Shown here one piece after another: positions 1-11,005 of a stretch of 64,000 nucleotides of DNA. A program made the translations under genes and the position numbers. Position 1 is the first letter of the stretch, and the number at the start of each line of letters is the position of its first letter. The stretch is from Andalucia godoyi And28 (lineage: Eukaryota > Protista > Jakobida), in the NCBI GenBank assembly GCA_009859145.1, contig VRVR01000012.1:316119-380118 (forward strand). The letters run 5' to 3'. The notes below the pieces were generated by a model. The model made no database searches and was not told the DNA's origin. It was given only the letters and a program-made list of their open reading frames with translations.

Positions 1-1
1 C

Positions 2-133
2 ACATTCGTGACCGCGTTCTTCCGTAGCCAGCAATTGGTCCAGAAAGAGGTCCATCGTGAAGGCAGACCGGACATGCACTTTCGGATGTTCCGTGGAACA
101 AGAAACCCAATACGTTCCGGTGATTTACAATAA
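2..133 (+). CDS. Possible 3' end of a gene entering from the left edge (..FRMFRGTRNPIRSGDLQ*)
   Basis: Frame 2 is open from the window edge to TAA at 131-133, followed by an A-rich tract like other 3' UTRs here. No homology recognised. Confidence 0.35.
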   Translation, partial: TFVTAFFRSQQLVQKEVHREGRPDMHFRMFRGTRNPIRSGDLQ

Positions 134-529
134 ATACAGACATCACACCACGCACTGCTTTCAAATAAAACACAAAAATTAAAACAGAAAAAAGAAAAAA
201 AAAAAGAAAAACAATCACAAATGAACTTTAATGACATAATGGTTGAAGAAATGAAAGGGTTTCAAAAGGAAAAATGCTGCATCGAAACCCCGGACTTGAA
301 TTAGGAAATTCTTTACAAACGTTGAAATCAAAATCAAAAATCAAAATTATTATTATTATTATAAAGTAAATAATGGTTTATTATTGGCAATGTGTTCTGA
401 ATGTGTGAACGTGCTGCTGATAGGATGAAGAATTATAGCACAGCCAACATAATAACAATAAAAGAGAAGAAAAGAAAGAAGAGAAGAAGAAAAAAGACAA
501 AAAACATGTTCGGATGTCGCGCATATTTC

Positions 530-1615
530 TCAGATGTATCCCCCGAAGAACGCGAACAGAACGACGCCGACAATGGATCCTATGCAAAAGAAAAGCATGA
601 AAGATTCCTTGGATGGCATGGTGCCGTACGTAAAATAGTCGGACACGTCGACGTACAGCGTCTCATATATAAAGTTCCCAAGAGGATGTCGCCAGAACCA
701 CCTTCTGCTCTTCAAGTGGATCACCACATTGTACTTGTCCTGCAATTCCGTGAAATCCTCACCGTAATATATGGTCAGGTACTCTTCTAAGACTGGCGAT
801 TGGAACGAAAACATCGTGAGCCACTCCTCCTGGTACTTGCACAAGCAGAGGCTGTTCGCAAGACGACGTGGCGTGATGTGATACACCTTGTTCGATTCTC
901 GCGAAGGAGCATATCTGTATGTATGCCTATGGTTGAATCCTTCGTCGAACCAAAGGTCCTCATGCAGCAGGTCGATGTCCCAGCCCATTCGGCGGCCGAT
1001 AGGGTGCTTGAAAGCGAGCTCCATTGGGAGATATCGGTCATACAAGAACCACAACGACCAGGCGTTTTCCCGCAGCCACATCTTGGAATACGCCGGGTCG
1101 CTGTTTAAGAGGTCTCGAACAAGGGATATGACATCGCCGACAGTCATTCCTCGTGGGATGATCCAATAGACATCGCCGTCCGTATCTCCAGGAATCTTGC
1201 GTTGCTTCCTTCGCGCCCCCAGCGCAGTTCCAGACCGCATTACCGTTACGATTCCGGTCCGATTGTACAGATCATCCATGAAGCGAACCACTGGAACCGT
1301 AGACTCTTCCGACCACATGTCATACGGAGTTACATCCTTTGTATCGCCAATCACCGCATGTTCCCAAGTGCATCTTTCATGCATCCGCTGAAACTCTGGC
1401 CGTTGGAACTGGGCAGGGCGCTCTAGTTTCTTCAGCGCAGACGAGTAAGTACGGTTCTCGCCAATCCAAAGCACAGCTACCGTCAGCAACACAAACGTCA
1501 TTGCCACTCGTCCAATCAGTATCCGCAAGTTGTTTCGTGGATACAGCCAGTTAAACACAGATGCACAGCAGTTCCTCACGGCCCCAGCCGGACGGCCAGA
1601 ACTCGACACTCTCAT
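530..1615 (-). CDS. LicD/fukutin-family nucleotidyltransferase-fold phosphotransferase, type II membrane protein (361 aa)
   Basis: GTALGARRKQRKIPGDTDGD matches the LicD motif GTLLGAxRxxxxIPWDxDxD. N-terminal TM segment (MTFVLLTVAVLWIG). First ATG is at 1615; the ORF-track start at 1648 is TTG. Confidence 0.7.
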   Translation of the reverse strand: MRVSSSGRPAGAVRNCCASVFNWLYPRNNLRILIGRVAMTFVLLTVAVLWIGENRTYSSALKKLERPAQFQRPEFQRMHERCTWEHAVIGDTKDVTPYDMWSEESTVPVVRFMDDLYNRTGIVTVMRSGTALGARRKQRKIPGDTDGDVYWIIPRGMTVGDVISLVRDLLNSDPAYSKMWLRENAWSLWFLYDRYLPMELAFKHPIGRRMGWDIDLLHEDLWFDEGFNHRHTYRYAPSRESNKVYHITPRRLANSLCLCKYQEEWLTMFSFQSPVLEEYLTIYYGEDFTELQDKYNVVIHLKSRRWFWRHPLGNFIYETLYVDVSDYFTYGTMPSKESFMLFFCIGSIVGVVLFAFFGGYI

Positions 1616-2334
1616 GTCTCTCACCTCGAGCCTCAAACAGAAATACAAAATAGTAATGAATTAATGAATTAACTAACAAAACAATAAACCAATGCAAAGA
1701 ATGTCCGAGGAAAAAGAGAGAGAGGACCAACTCAACCCAGGCAGGCACTTTATATTCGATACGCGACTAATGGCGCAGATACAGCAAATCGCAAATGGTA
1801 AAATGGTAAAATGGTAAAGTAAAAAAACCACAATAGCGAGAAATCAGGCGAGCAGTCGGCCAGTTGGTTGTCGGAGGAATTCGAGATCTTCTATTTTTGT
1901 TTTTGTTGGCGGCTTTTGACAAGTCTGTTTTTCCCGGCGGAGAATTCCCGAATTCGCCGTTTTTCCCGATCGAGCAGTTCGAGCTGCGGCACGTCAAAAT
2001 CGAGAACATGCAGGAAAATAGCGCCGCTTCGTGCGTGCTCGTACCTTCTACGATTCGGCTGTGCAAAACGTGCAGTGTGCAGTACGGGGCCTAGGCAAAA
2101 TTCTGCACGGCCAAATTCGCAGATTAGAATGGGTCAGAAGTCGAGGGTTTGTTCATGCAGCGGAAGGAAGTCGAGCACGAGACGGCGAGTCAGAATCTTT
2201 CCCACAGCCGTGCCTTGTGCCGCTTGAGGGTCAAGCGGGTGTCGGCAGAGTCTTTCGGGAGGTGGGACGGTCGACAAGGAGCCGGTAATATATTTGTATG
2301 TATGTAAAACTGGAGACGCAGACGTCGACTGCGA

Positions 2335-3771
2335 TCATTTAGAATCCGGAGAAGCAGGAGCAACAGCTGGGGCAGGACGGGGTGGGTTGACGACTGCTGG
2401 CACAATACGAGATGTTATAATGTGCAGTTGTTTTAGTTCTGGCTTCGTCCTGCTGGATTGCGTTCCCTCAGCATTGATTTGCAAGCTGCAGTTGGTGCTC
2501 CTTGAAGCTGACGCTGCTCTCTTGTTTGGATCAGAAAAACTCAGCTTCCCAGCATTTCGAGTGCTTTCCGCCTGCCCTGGAGCTGCAATCGACCGACTCT
2601 CGATCCACAGCTCTGCAAAATTGCGATCTGGAAGATCCTTTGCAGATTCCGGCGAGTCAAACACGTACGTTGATCGAGAAAAATCGCCACGGGTGGATGC
2701 GTCTGTTTGTGGCCGAGATCGTAGTGTCTCACTGTACATTCTCGCAGATTTCGGATGTCTGCATTCGAGCCGAAGCACTTTTGGAGCCAGTTCATTGTGC
2801 TGCGTCTTTTCCTGTTCACCCACCTTTCTCCCGTTCTCCCCAGCTGTTGCTCCTGCTTCTCCCGGTGATAACGATGCTGCTGACGTTGGTAATGATATGG
2901 ATACTGACATTTCGTGCTCAGGTAGTCGGGGTTCCGAGTAGGTGGGAAGATCACCCGAAGTTCCGACTCTTTGTGCGTTCGTTGCCGGTAAGGATTTCCG
3001 CACCTGAAAGATGCTCGCAGACGCTCCGGTTCCGCCAGCGGATCTTGGACTCGTCGTCAACGGTTGCTGCCACTCGTTCGCTGATGCAGACTGTCGGTAA
3101 AACGGAGCCGGGGCATCTTCGGACGGCGCATCGATCGAAGCTGTCGTTCCGGGACCTAGCCTGATCACCGTTGCTGGCTTTTGATACATCCATTCTTGGC
3201 TTCTCGATCTGTTTTCTGCGAGAACGCGCTCGATTTTCTGCCGCTGTTCGTCTCGTTTTGATTTTGAAGTTCGCAACACCGGGCTTTTCGAGGGGTCCAT
3301 CCCGTCCTTCTGGTTTCGTTGTTGCAAAACACTGACGAACGGTGAAATTCCTCGAGAGTTTAAGATGATCACCTGAGGCTCTTTCTGCACTGCAAAGCCG
3401 CCTGCAGCAGCCGCGGCCTGTACCCTCTCATTCATCGGCGTTCTTTCTTTTTTCACAAATGTCGGCGTCTTTGCTCGGTTCTGCAGAGGCCGTCCATGAG
3501 TCGGGTGTATCTTTGCTCCAAACGGGCCCAGCACGTCCCATGCATCCGGGGTTTTCAACGACCTTCGCGCGTCATGGTCTTGCCAAGAAGACAATTCCGA
3601 CAGTTTAGTTTCGGATCGAGCTGGTAATTCCGGAGACTGCCTACCAGATGTTGAAATCTCGGGCGCTATCCACGTCAGTGCGTTTGCATTTGCATCGGAC
3701 GGAAGCTTTGGCTGAAAACTGAGAACAGACGACTTTCCCTGCCGCTTATTCACAGGCTGCAAGCTTGTCAT
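2335..3771 (-). CDS. Uncharacterised S/P/R-rich protein (478 aa)
   Basis: Long open frame. The ATG at 3771 (MTSLQPVNKRQ) follows a low-complexity tract. No recognised domain. Confidence 0.6.
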   Translation of the reverse strand: MTSLQPVNKRQGKSSVLSFQPKLPSDANANALTWIAPEISTSGRQSPELPARSETKLSELSSWQDHDARRSLKTPDAWDVLGPFGAKIHPTHGRPLQNRAKTPTFVKKERTPMNERVQAAAAAGGFAVQKEPQVIILNSRGISPFVSVLQQRNQKDGMDPSKSPVLRTSKSKRDEQRQKIERVLAENRSRSQEWMYQKPATVIRLGPGTTASIDAPSEDAPAPFYRQSASANEWQQPLTTSPRSAGGTGASASIFQVRKSLPATNAQRVGTSGDLPTYSEPRLPEHEMSVSISLPTSAASLSPGEAGATAGENGRKVGEQEKTQHNELAPKVLRLECRHPKSARMYSETLRSRPQTDASTRGDFSRSTYVFDSPESAKDLPDRNFAELWIESRSIAAPGQAESTRNAGKLSFSDPNKRAASASRSTNCSLQINAEGTQSSRTKPELKQLHIITSRIVPAVVNPPRPAPAVAPASPDSK

Positions 3772-4069
3772 TATTATTATTATTATTAGCTTATTTGATT
3801 TTGTCGAGATAAGATCCGCCCGTCCATCCGTCAGCGCGTGCGTGTATGTATGCGTGTGTGTGTGTGTGTGTGGAAGACGTTGTTGCGACAAAGCTGGCAA
3901 GATAAATGCTAGGGATACAACAGCAACAGCAGCATAATAATAACAACAACCGGGTAAAACGAAATGAAGAAACAACGTTTTGGAGGGAACACAACGGCCA
4001 TTGCAGTTGTGGTCGGCTTGCAAAAGTAAGCTGGCGTAAATGTTTACACTACGGGAGACCAGTCATTGC

Positions 4070-7000
4070 TTAAATGGATTCTTCGGGCAGGCGGCGGCGG
4101 CGGAATCGCACGAGTCGAATGAAGAACAGGTAAATGAAGCCGGAAAATGTAGCCAGCAGCACAGCGACCAGGAGGGGGGAGAGCGAATTGTGCCAGTTTT
4201 CAAACATGGATGGTTCATGCAAGAACCCACGTGGCGCAACCAGAGGGATCCAGGCGAAGTGAACAGGGGCATCCGAGTCAGGCTCCCCCGGACACTCCTG
4301 TTGCGGATTGTTCAGCGAACGAGAAACAGACAGGATGTCAGACTTTTGGTGCGGGTGAGGGGCGTCCGTGGCAAGCGGAAATATCGTATCGGAAGAGACA
4401 ACGACGTAGTTTGACACGGAGAAACCGTCTAGCGAGCCAGTGAGAATAAAGTCCAGCAGCTGGGAAACCAGGAAAAAGCAATTTTGACCGTCGAGCATCA
4501 GCGACGGACGATGATGTTCGTCGATGCATCCCGAGTCGGTGAACACTGAAACACGACCATGGAAAGCAAGTGGGTTTGCATCCAACATGCCGACCAGAAA
4601 AGGGCGATGGTTCCAATCAGCGGATAGATGAGAACGATCAGGCACATAAACGGAAAGAAGATTTTGCATTCCGTCGAATGGAATCAGAAGTCCGCCTTCT
4701 GGAAATTCAACTATCTCGGTTGCAGACGCAACGGGGAACGAGTGCGTCGCAAACATCTCTCCACCCCCACCACCACCATTACTACCACCTCCAGTGCTAC
4801 TACTAGCACGGAAAACATTCCCAACGCCCTTGTAGACACCGCTTCCAAATTTGATTCCAAACCGACTTAGAAGACTGTTCAAAGAAGGTAGGTTGGATCC
4901 ACCAGTCGACGGGAAGCGCTTGCCTCGGATGCTCTTGTCGTAAAATTCCAATTTTTCAATGATGTCGGAATTGTACCAGTCGGCGAGTAAAAGCAGTCCC
5001 AGTCCGCGACGCGATACATCGATTTCCAGTTTCGTGATTTCCGTACGAGAAAACTGGTCTTCAGGATCGACAATGATCAGAGAACCATAGTCCGACGCAT
5101 TGAAGCACGTGAGAGGAGTGCGAAGAAGCTCAACAAAGTACGACGAGCGAAGAGACGAAAAGAAGTGGCGGTAATTTGTCAACGGGTGGTCGCCCGACCA
5201 GTCCATCATATCCGACTTCACGTCAAGATCATCTCGTGGAAAATAGCCCAGTGGAAATTGCATGGAATGGTAAACGTCGAACAGAAGGCGCCGACTGCGA
5301 GGCGGAGTTGCTCTGCATGGAATCCAGATGGGTATTTGCCCTGTCCGTCCTGACAGTCCATACAGTATGTCTCCTTTCACAATGCACTGTTGCTGCTTCG
5401 TCTCGCCACCGTCCTCTGCGTAATGCAGCTCCGTCACCTTGACATGAGCAGCAATATATCCGGTGTAGGGCCAAAAGTCATCAGAATGTTCAAAGAACAT
5501 CTCGACCTCGGCAGAAGTTTCCGATGGATCGACCACGAACTCAATGTATTCGATCTGGGAGGAAACAGCAGCTTCGTTTGCAATGGTAAAGTTCAAAATA
5601 AACGGTTGTGCAGAAGGATAAATAGGGAGGAAATCACACAGTACGCCCCAGTACGCAGAACATGCCTGTTTTCCGGATGCTGGCTCGTTCCGTCCGTCAA
5701 ATTTCGGTGGAAAAGACCCCAACTTTGCATCGGATCCGGAATCAGTGGAGGACAGCAGACGAAGCGCAGACACCACGTCGACTGCACCCGCTCCTTGTTC
5801 CCACACCGTCCGATCAACGAGACGAGTTGCACTGGCCATAAGCATGCGCTTCCAGAAAACGGGGCTTCGTTTTCGAGGTTCCACCGCGGATCTTTTTACC
5901 GAGCTCTGAAGCAGCAGCAACGACCCCGTGACAATCGGCGCAGCCAGAGAAGTTCCTCGGCCCGAAACACACTTGTCACCATGCATGTTGAGTGAAAAAA
6001 TATGCGAGCCGGGAGACAAGACGTCCGGTTTGGGACGGCCAACACCATACGGAAACTCTTGCACTGTGGAGCCTCTAGACGAAAAAGAAGCGACATCACG
6101 AGGATCACCAATACTCTTGTCAGAGGAATAGGTATCCGAAGAAGAAGAGAACGTCACTGGAGAATCCCAAGCGCCAACTGCGATCACGGATATCTCGCTG
6201 CCAGGATGCGTCACGGTCCCCCACGTCGGACCGTCATTTCCAACTGCAACGACAATCGAGATGCCTGCCGCCGCAACCTCACGAACCTTTTCTGCAAATG
6301 GCAGATCAAGATAATCAGGCCCGCCAGAAGACAGGTTCACTACATCTACATCCAGAGTCAATACATAGTTCAAAGCATCCAACATCCAAGAAGTGTAGGA
6401 TTCGTCTCGCCCAGAAAACACCTTCAGGACGTAAACTGTGGCATCCGGTGCAATGCCACCGCAAGCTGCAGAGGCAATCAACGAAGCAACCGCGGTTCCG
6501 TGGCCCACGGTATCTGCGCAATCATGCACATCATCTGACGTCCAGTTTGTGCATTCAGCGTACCCATTGATATGTCCGGCCGCCCGTTCCGAAACTCCGG
6601 AATCCAGAATCGCAACCTTTGTTCCTCGTCCAGTGATCGAGAGCGAATGCAGCACGTCTGCACCAACTAAATGCGCAGGCAGCGAAGACTGCGTCTTCCT
6701 GTTTGCGATGCTCGAATGTACAGACAGCAAATTTCTCACTGCATCATCTTTCTGCCCTGTACTGTCCACGGAATGTTGGTGGACAGCGGACAATCTTTGC
6801 GAAAACCGAGCATCTCGAGAAACAGAATGGATTTCTGCGAGTGGATGGCCGTTCACGAGTGCTGGTGCTGAGACTCCTCCTGAGCGTTCGGCATAGCCAC
6901 GTGACAGATCCACCATATCCTCACAATGCACAGGAAGCACGAGAACAAAATGGTTCACTGCGGCGCACGACTTGCACTTGCTCGTCTCGACAGCATACTG

Positions 7001-7270
7001 ACATTTAAGGAACCCAAAGTGTCGCGTGGCGAATGCAGACATCTCGGAACGAGAATGCCGGTCGCGCGTCATTACGACCCATCGTTCCTGAAAAGAAGGA
7101 GAAGAAGGAGAAGAAGAAGAAGAAGAAGAAGAAGAATAATAATAATAAGAAGAAAAAGAAGAAGTTGCAACAAGTGCAAACAAAATACGCCAAGAGCCGC
7201 CAAGAACGACTGCAACAGTGACCAGAAGCAGCAATGAACGCGACACACGACTAGTCGCAAACTCCATCAT
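4070..7270 (-). CDS. MBTPS1: Site-1 protease / SKI-1 (subtilisin S8, membrane-bound)
   Basis: Catalytic motifs VAILDSG, HGTAVAS and GTSLAAP. S1P-specific segments YTSWMLDALNY, VVNLSSGGPDYLDLPFAEKV and YFPRDDLDVKSDMMDWSGDHPLTNY. C-terminal TM with basic tail. Confidence 0.93.
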   Translation of the reverse strand: MMEFATSRVSRSLLLLVTVAVVLGGSWRILFALVATSSFSSYYYYSSSSSSSSSPSSPSFQERWVVMTRDRHSRSEMSAFATRHFGFLKCQYAVETSKCKSCAAVNHFVLVLPVHCEDMVDLSRGYAERSGGVSAPALVNGHPLAEIHSVSRDARFSQRLSAVHQHSVDSTGQKDDAVRNLLSVHSSIANRKTQSSLPAHLVGADVLHSLSITGRGTKVAILDSGVSERAAGHINGYAECTNWTSDDVHDCADTVGHGTAVASLIASAACGGIAPDATVYVLKVFSGRDESYTSWMLDALNYVLTLDVDVVNLSSGGPDYLDLPFAEKVREVAAAGISIVVAVGNDGPTWGTVTHPGSEISVIAVGAWDSPVTFSSSSDTYSSDKSIGDPRDVASFSSRGSTVQEFPYGVGRPKPDVLSPGSHIFSLNMHGDKCVSGRGTSLAAPIVTGSLLLLQSSVKRSAVEPRKRSPVFWKRMLMASATRLVDRTVWEQGAGAVDVVSALRLLSSTDSGSDAKLGSFPPKFDGRNEPASGKQACSAYWGVLCDFLPIYPSAQPFILNFTIANEAAVSSQIEYIEFVVDPSETSAEVEMFFEHSDDFWPYTGYIAAHVKVTELHYAEDGGETKQQQCIVKGDILYGLSGRTGQIPIWIPCRATPPRSRRLLFDVYHSMQFPLGYFPRDDLDVKSDMMDWSGDHPLTNYRHFFSSLRSSYFVELLRTPLTCFNASDYGSLIIVDPEDQFSRTEITKLEIDVSRRGLGLLLLADWYNSDIIEKLEFYDKSIRGKRFPSTGGSNLPSLNSLLSRFGIKFGSGVYKGVGNVFRASSSTGGGSNGGGGGGEMFATHSFPVASATEIVEFPEGGLLIPFDGMQNLLSVYVPDRSHLSADWNHRPFLVGMLDANPLAFHGRVSVFTDSGCIDEHHRPSLMLDGQNCFFLVSQLLDFILTGSLDGFSVSNYVVVSSDTIFPLATDAPHPHQKSDILSVSRSLNNPQQECPGEPDSDAPVHFAWIPLVAPRGFLHEPSMFENWHNSLSPLLVAVLLATFSGFIYLFFIRLVRFRRRRLPEESI

Positions 7271-7522
7271 CTCCTTTTTTCAAACATTCAGAATATATTT
7301 TGATTTACATACCTGGCCTTTTTCAATACTGAGCATGACTTCTCCTCAACAGCCAACAAAATCACCAAGGGATGAATGGAAGAATGGAAGAATGAACAAA
7401 TGAAAAAGAAGAAAAAGAAAACAAGAAGGAAAAAGAAAAATGAGACGTCGAGTCTTCGAGGAGATTTTAATACTTATTTCAATCTTCAGATGATGAAATT
7501 CAGTCTGTGTTTTTCGTCAGAT

Positions 7523-8527
7523 TTACTTCTTGTCGGGGACGACGGTGCCGGAAGCTCCAAGGCCAAGTGCGACCTTGACGGTGTCATAGATGAGGAGCTG
7601 TCCAGCGACCATTGCGGTCATCATGACGATACGCGGGCCGAGACCCGCCCACAACTGTCCATTTGCCTGTGTTTCCCTGAGCATCTGGAATGTGTATTTC
7701 CACATACCCTGTGACTTTTGCTGCTGCCCCGCCCCGTCTGCACTATGCGCAGCGGCCGCGGCCTTGAACCCTTTGTTGATCTTGGAGAGCACGGTGTCGG
7801 CGGGGTGCGACGCAATGGCGGATGCGACCCCTGCAGCAGCACCACAGGCCAGTGAGACCGAGAGCTGTGTCGGTGCGCTCCAGTCGCTCTTCTTTTTGCT
7901 GTTTAGGATGTTCGTGTACACAAACTCCAGTGACTTTTCAAACACGGAAAGCTGAACTGCCGTGTAGGGCACTTGTTTGAGCACCAGAGGCGGGAATCCA
8001 CGGTACCAACCCTTCATGATTCCGCTTTCCTGGTACATTTTCGACAGCCCTGCAAACATGTTTTTCGAGTACGCTGGGTCTGCGACCATTCGAATGCGGA
8101 TTGCTTCGAACGGAGTCAGGGCCACATCTGCAACGACTTCCGACATCGCAGCAGATGCCATGTACACAGCAAGTCGATGGGTCGTCGCAAAGTCCGAGCC
8201 GAGAACATTCGAAAACACAGACTTCAGAAGCTCGTAATTTCCATACTTGAGCGCACCCTGCACAAAGTAGCCCCCAAACGTCGCCCCAAACCCCGTCGTC
8301 AGAGCCCGCACGCCTTCCGTCCTTGTAATCGTCTTCACTCCATCCGTAAGACTCGAGTACACTCCCGGCGTAAGCTGCATCCGCGTCTTCACGACATCCA
8401 CAGGAATCACATACACATGCGTAATCATCGCGCAGATTGCACCAGACGTCCCCACTCGAAACCACCGATCCAGAGTCATCGGCGGCTGACCTCCTGCACC
8501 TGCACCTGCATCACTCGATCCTCCCAT
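7523..8527 (-). CDS. SLC25A3: Mitochondrial phosphate carrier (SLC25A3/Mir1/Pic2 family)
   Basis: Three carrier repeats (PVDVVKTRMQL, PFEAIRIRM, HPADTVLSKIN) plus GYFVQGALKYGNYE and LKQVPYTAVQ, typical of phosphate carriers. Confidence 0.9.
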   Translation of the reverse strand: MGGSSDAGAGAGGQPPMTLDRWFRVGTSGAICAMITHVYVIPVDVVKTRMQLTPGVYSSLTDGVKTITRTEGVRALTTGFGATFGGYFVQGALKYGNYELLKSVFSNVLGSDFATTHRLAVYMASAAMSEVVADVALTPFEAIRIRMVADPAYSKNMFAGLSKMYQESGIMKGWYRGFPPLVLKQVPYTAVQLSVFEKSLEFVYTNILNSKKKSDWSAPTQLSVSLACGAAAGVASAIASHPADTVLSKINKGFKAAAAAHSADGAGQQQKSQGMWKYTFQMLRETQANGQLWAGLGPRIVMMTAMVAGQLLIYDTVKVALGLGASGTVVPDKK

Positions 8528-9215
8528 TCCCCTCGTCTCCTTGCCGATTACTTATCATACGCAAGCACGAACTCGGCACAGTAAAAAGACGGAAACCAGA
8601 AGAAGAAGCAAAAGTAAAATGAACATGGTGTCAGATACCGAGACACGAACTTGACGGAACGCGGGTCGCGGCGATGTTGGGCCCGTTGAGGCTGGATGCT
8701 GGCCCAAAAATAGGACGAGGGCTTCTTACACTCCGGAAAGAATCGCCCGTTGAATCGAATTTCCGGAGACGGTCCATAGGTCGCGATGGCTCGAAAAGGA
8801 AGCGCGAGTTGCCCAATACGGGTGCAGCTATTTCCATTTCCGTCCGCTTCCGGGATGCAAGACGACGCATTCCGCACACCCAACTTCGAATCGACCTTTG
8901 CACACCCGACGCTACTTTTTTTTTGTGATGATGTCCAGCTGGCCGGTGCTCGGTGTCCAAAGATAAACACCACCCAACTTCATTCGCTCGTTTAGTCGTT
9001 CCGTCATTTGCTTGGTTCTTTTTTTCCCCCCACTCTCCTTCCTCCTCGGTTCTCACCTCCACCATCCCTTCCAGCCTCCCAGTTCTCAGTTCTTGCGGAT
9101 GGGGTTCATTCATCCGATTGTGGATGTGCTGCAGCACATTGCATCGCCACTGACTTCCTCGTGGGTCATCTACGGAACCACCAAGCTCACGCATGTTCCT
9201 TCCATCTCTGCCTAC

Positions 9216-10225
9216 ATGGCCGCTCGCTCCATCCTCGCCTCTCGCGGTACCTCGAGCATGCACCTTCCAGTGTCCCCTCCTCCTCGTCCTGCTCTTTCTC
9301 CTCTCCCCCCTCCTTCTTCTTCCGCTTTGTCTGGTACGAGTAGCAGCATCGCGACATCTGTTCCTGCAGCCTCTGCCGTGCTGATGCAAAAGAGGATGTT
9401 CTCCACCTGTCTCGCTGCTGCTGCACGTCCTGGTCCATGACGATCATCACGTTCACACTCGCATTCCGGCTGCTGGTCTTTCCGCTGAACGTCTCACTCG
9501 TCCGGAACGCCCGCAGGCTCTACAACATCCAGCCGCAAATCGACCACTATTCCAGGCTTATGCGTGTCCCGGAGGCACTCGACGGCGGCACAGCCTCCCC
9601 TTCCGCCGTCGCAGCAGCAGCACCCCCCGCACCCCCCGCACCCGCCGCAACGGCAGAGGCAGAGGCAAGAGAAGGCGAATCGTTTGAGGAGGTAGCAGCA
9701 AGTCGAGTCCGAGCAGCGTCCTCACTGATGGCGCTGTTCAAAGAGCAAAAGTGCCATCCGCTGAAAAACGTTCTTTCGCCGCTGTTGTTCGCGCCGATGT
9801 TTCTGACGATCTTTGCGGCTGTGCACCGGCTCTCGGATCCGCACCCCTCCGCCGCCACTGCCGGTGGAGTCGAGCTGGCGACGCAGCAGCACCCGGGAAT
9901 CACGACAGAAGGAATGCTGTGGTTTTCGGACCTGACGGCCTCGGACCCGACGTTTATGCTGCCGGTGGTCTCGGCGATTACGTGGCTCATTACGATCGAG
10001 CTCGGGCTCCAGGGCGTGCCTGCGTGGGCGACGACGTCTGCCTGGAGGCAGATCGTCCGCCTCATCCCGCTGTTTTTCATGCCGATTACGTTCCCGCTGT
10101 CCTCGGGGGTGTTTCTGTACTGGCTGACTTCCAACGCCGTTGCAATCGCCCGCACCATCCTTTTGCGGTCCGCGGCTGTCCGAAAGTTCTTCCGTGTCCC
10201 CGATCTCGCCAAGACTCTTCCATGA
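9216..10225 (+). CDS. OXA1: Oxa1/YidC/Alb3-family membrane insertase; 5' exon structure uncertain
   Basis: TM1 SWSMTIITFTLAFRLLVFPL, QKCHPLKNVLSPLLFAPMF, MLWFSDLTASDPTFMLP and LSSGVFLYWLTSN. The conserved frame is open from 9344 but its first ATG is 9437. A presequence-like MAARSILASRG (ATG 9216) is in another frame and could join through a GTACGA..AG intron at 9334-9392. Confidence 0.8.
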
Positions 10226-10322
10226 CGTAAAAGACGGAGCAAGGAAGGGAAGTCGGTGCGTAAAGACCGAATTAAAAAAAAAACAAAAAAAAAGAAAAAC
10301 TGAGGTGGGGGGTTTCAATTTT

Positions 10323-10544
10323 TTAATTACAGTTCCGAGGAGAGAGCAATGTACAGACCTTCCTGGGCGCTCCACTGTACGTTCTGGGACCTGTCCTTGG
10401 CAGCATATACTTCTTGCTGTCCTCGAACACTTCCTGGTTCCCACTCAGCGGAGAAGCATGCAAGTGAGAGTGCAGGAGCGTGCGTGGCGGGCTGCGGAGA
10501 CCTCTCTCAGAAACCCCCCGGAAAATATTAGCAGTCGTAAACAT
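10323..10544 (-). CDS. Candidate small protein (73 aa) with presequence-like N-terminus
   Basis: ATG preceded by a pyrimidine-rich tract. N-terminus is rich in R/S/L with one acidic residue. The ORF fills a coding-like GC island between AT-rich spacers. Confidence 0.35.
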   Translation of the reverse strand: MFTTANIFRGVSERGLRSPPRTLLHSHLHASPLSGNQEVFEDSKKYMLPRTGPRTYSGAPRKVCTLLSPRNCN

Positions 10545-11005
10545 GAAAATACTACCAAAAAAAGAAAAAAAACGATCCGACAGTCACGTGCTGGCATCAA
10601 TTGATCCTGAAATCGCTATGCTAAGCTACTAACGACCTCCACAAGAACCAGAATTCGAGATTGATCACAATTCCCAAAGGACGGACCTTTTTTCATATCC
10701 AAAGTACTGCCGGGAAAACCCAATCGTTTCATGCTGAGCCTGTCATACCTTCCTCGTGTCTCGGCCTTTCCGTGTTTTCCGGTTTTTCGTTGTTGTTGAT
10801 CGTTTCTGCATTTTCGTTTTCGTTTTCGTTTTCGTTTTCATTTTCGTCTTATCGTTTTATCGTGTTTTTTTTAAAAAACAAACTCTTATTACCCGTTCTT
10901 TTGGGTTGATTAGAACGAGAGGATAAGCGGGGGGGTTTTGCTTTTTTCCCCACAAATAGTTAAAACTCAGAAAACAAACAAGCAAACAAACAAACAAAGA
11001 AGGAA

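Noticed and set aside
1850-2290. Several overlapping 76-119 aa ORFs in a GC-rich spacer
   Set aside because: No frame has a recognisable motif or a convincing ATG/splice model. A small gene cannot be excluded.
8631-9389. 252-aa minus-strand ORF and other long shadow ORFs (e.g. 9547-10242, 22635-23459, 2294-2941)
   Set aside because: They are antisense to better-supported genes or made of low-complexity sequence, and carry no motifs.
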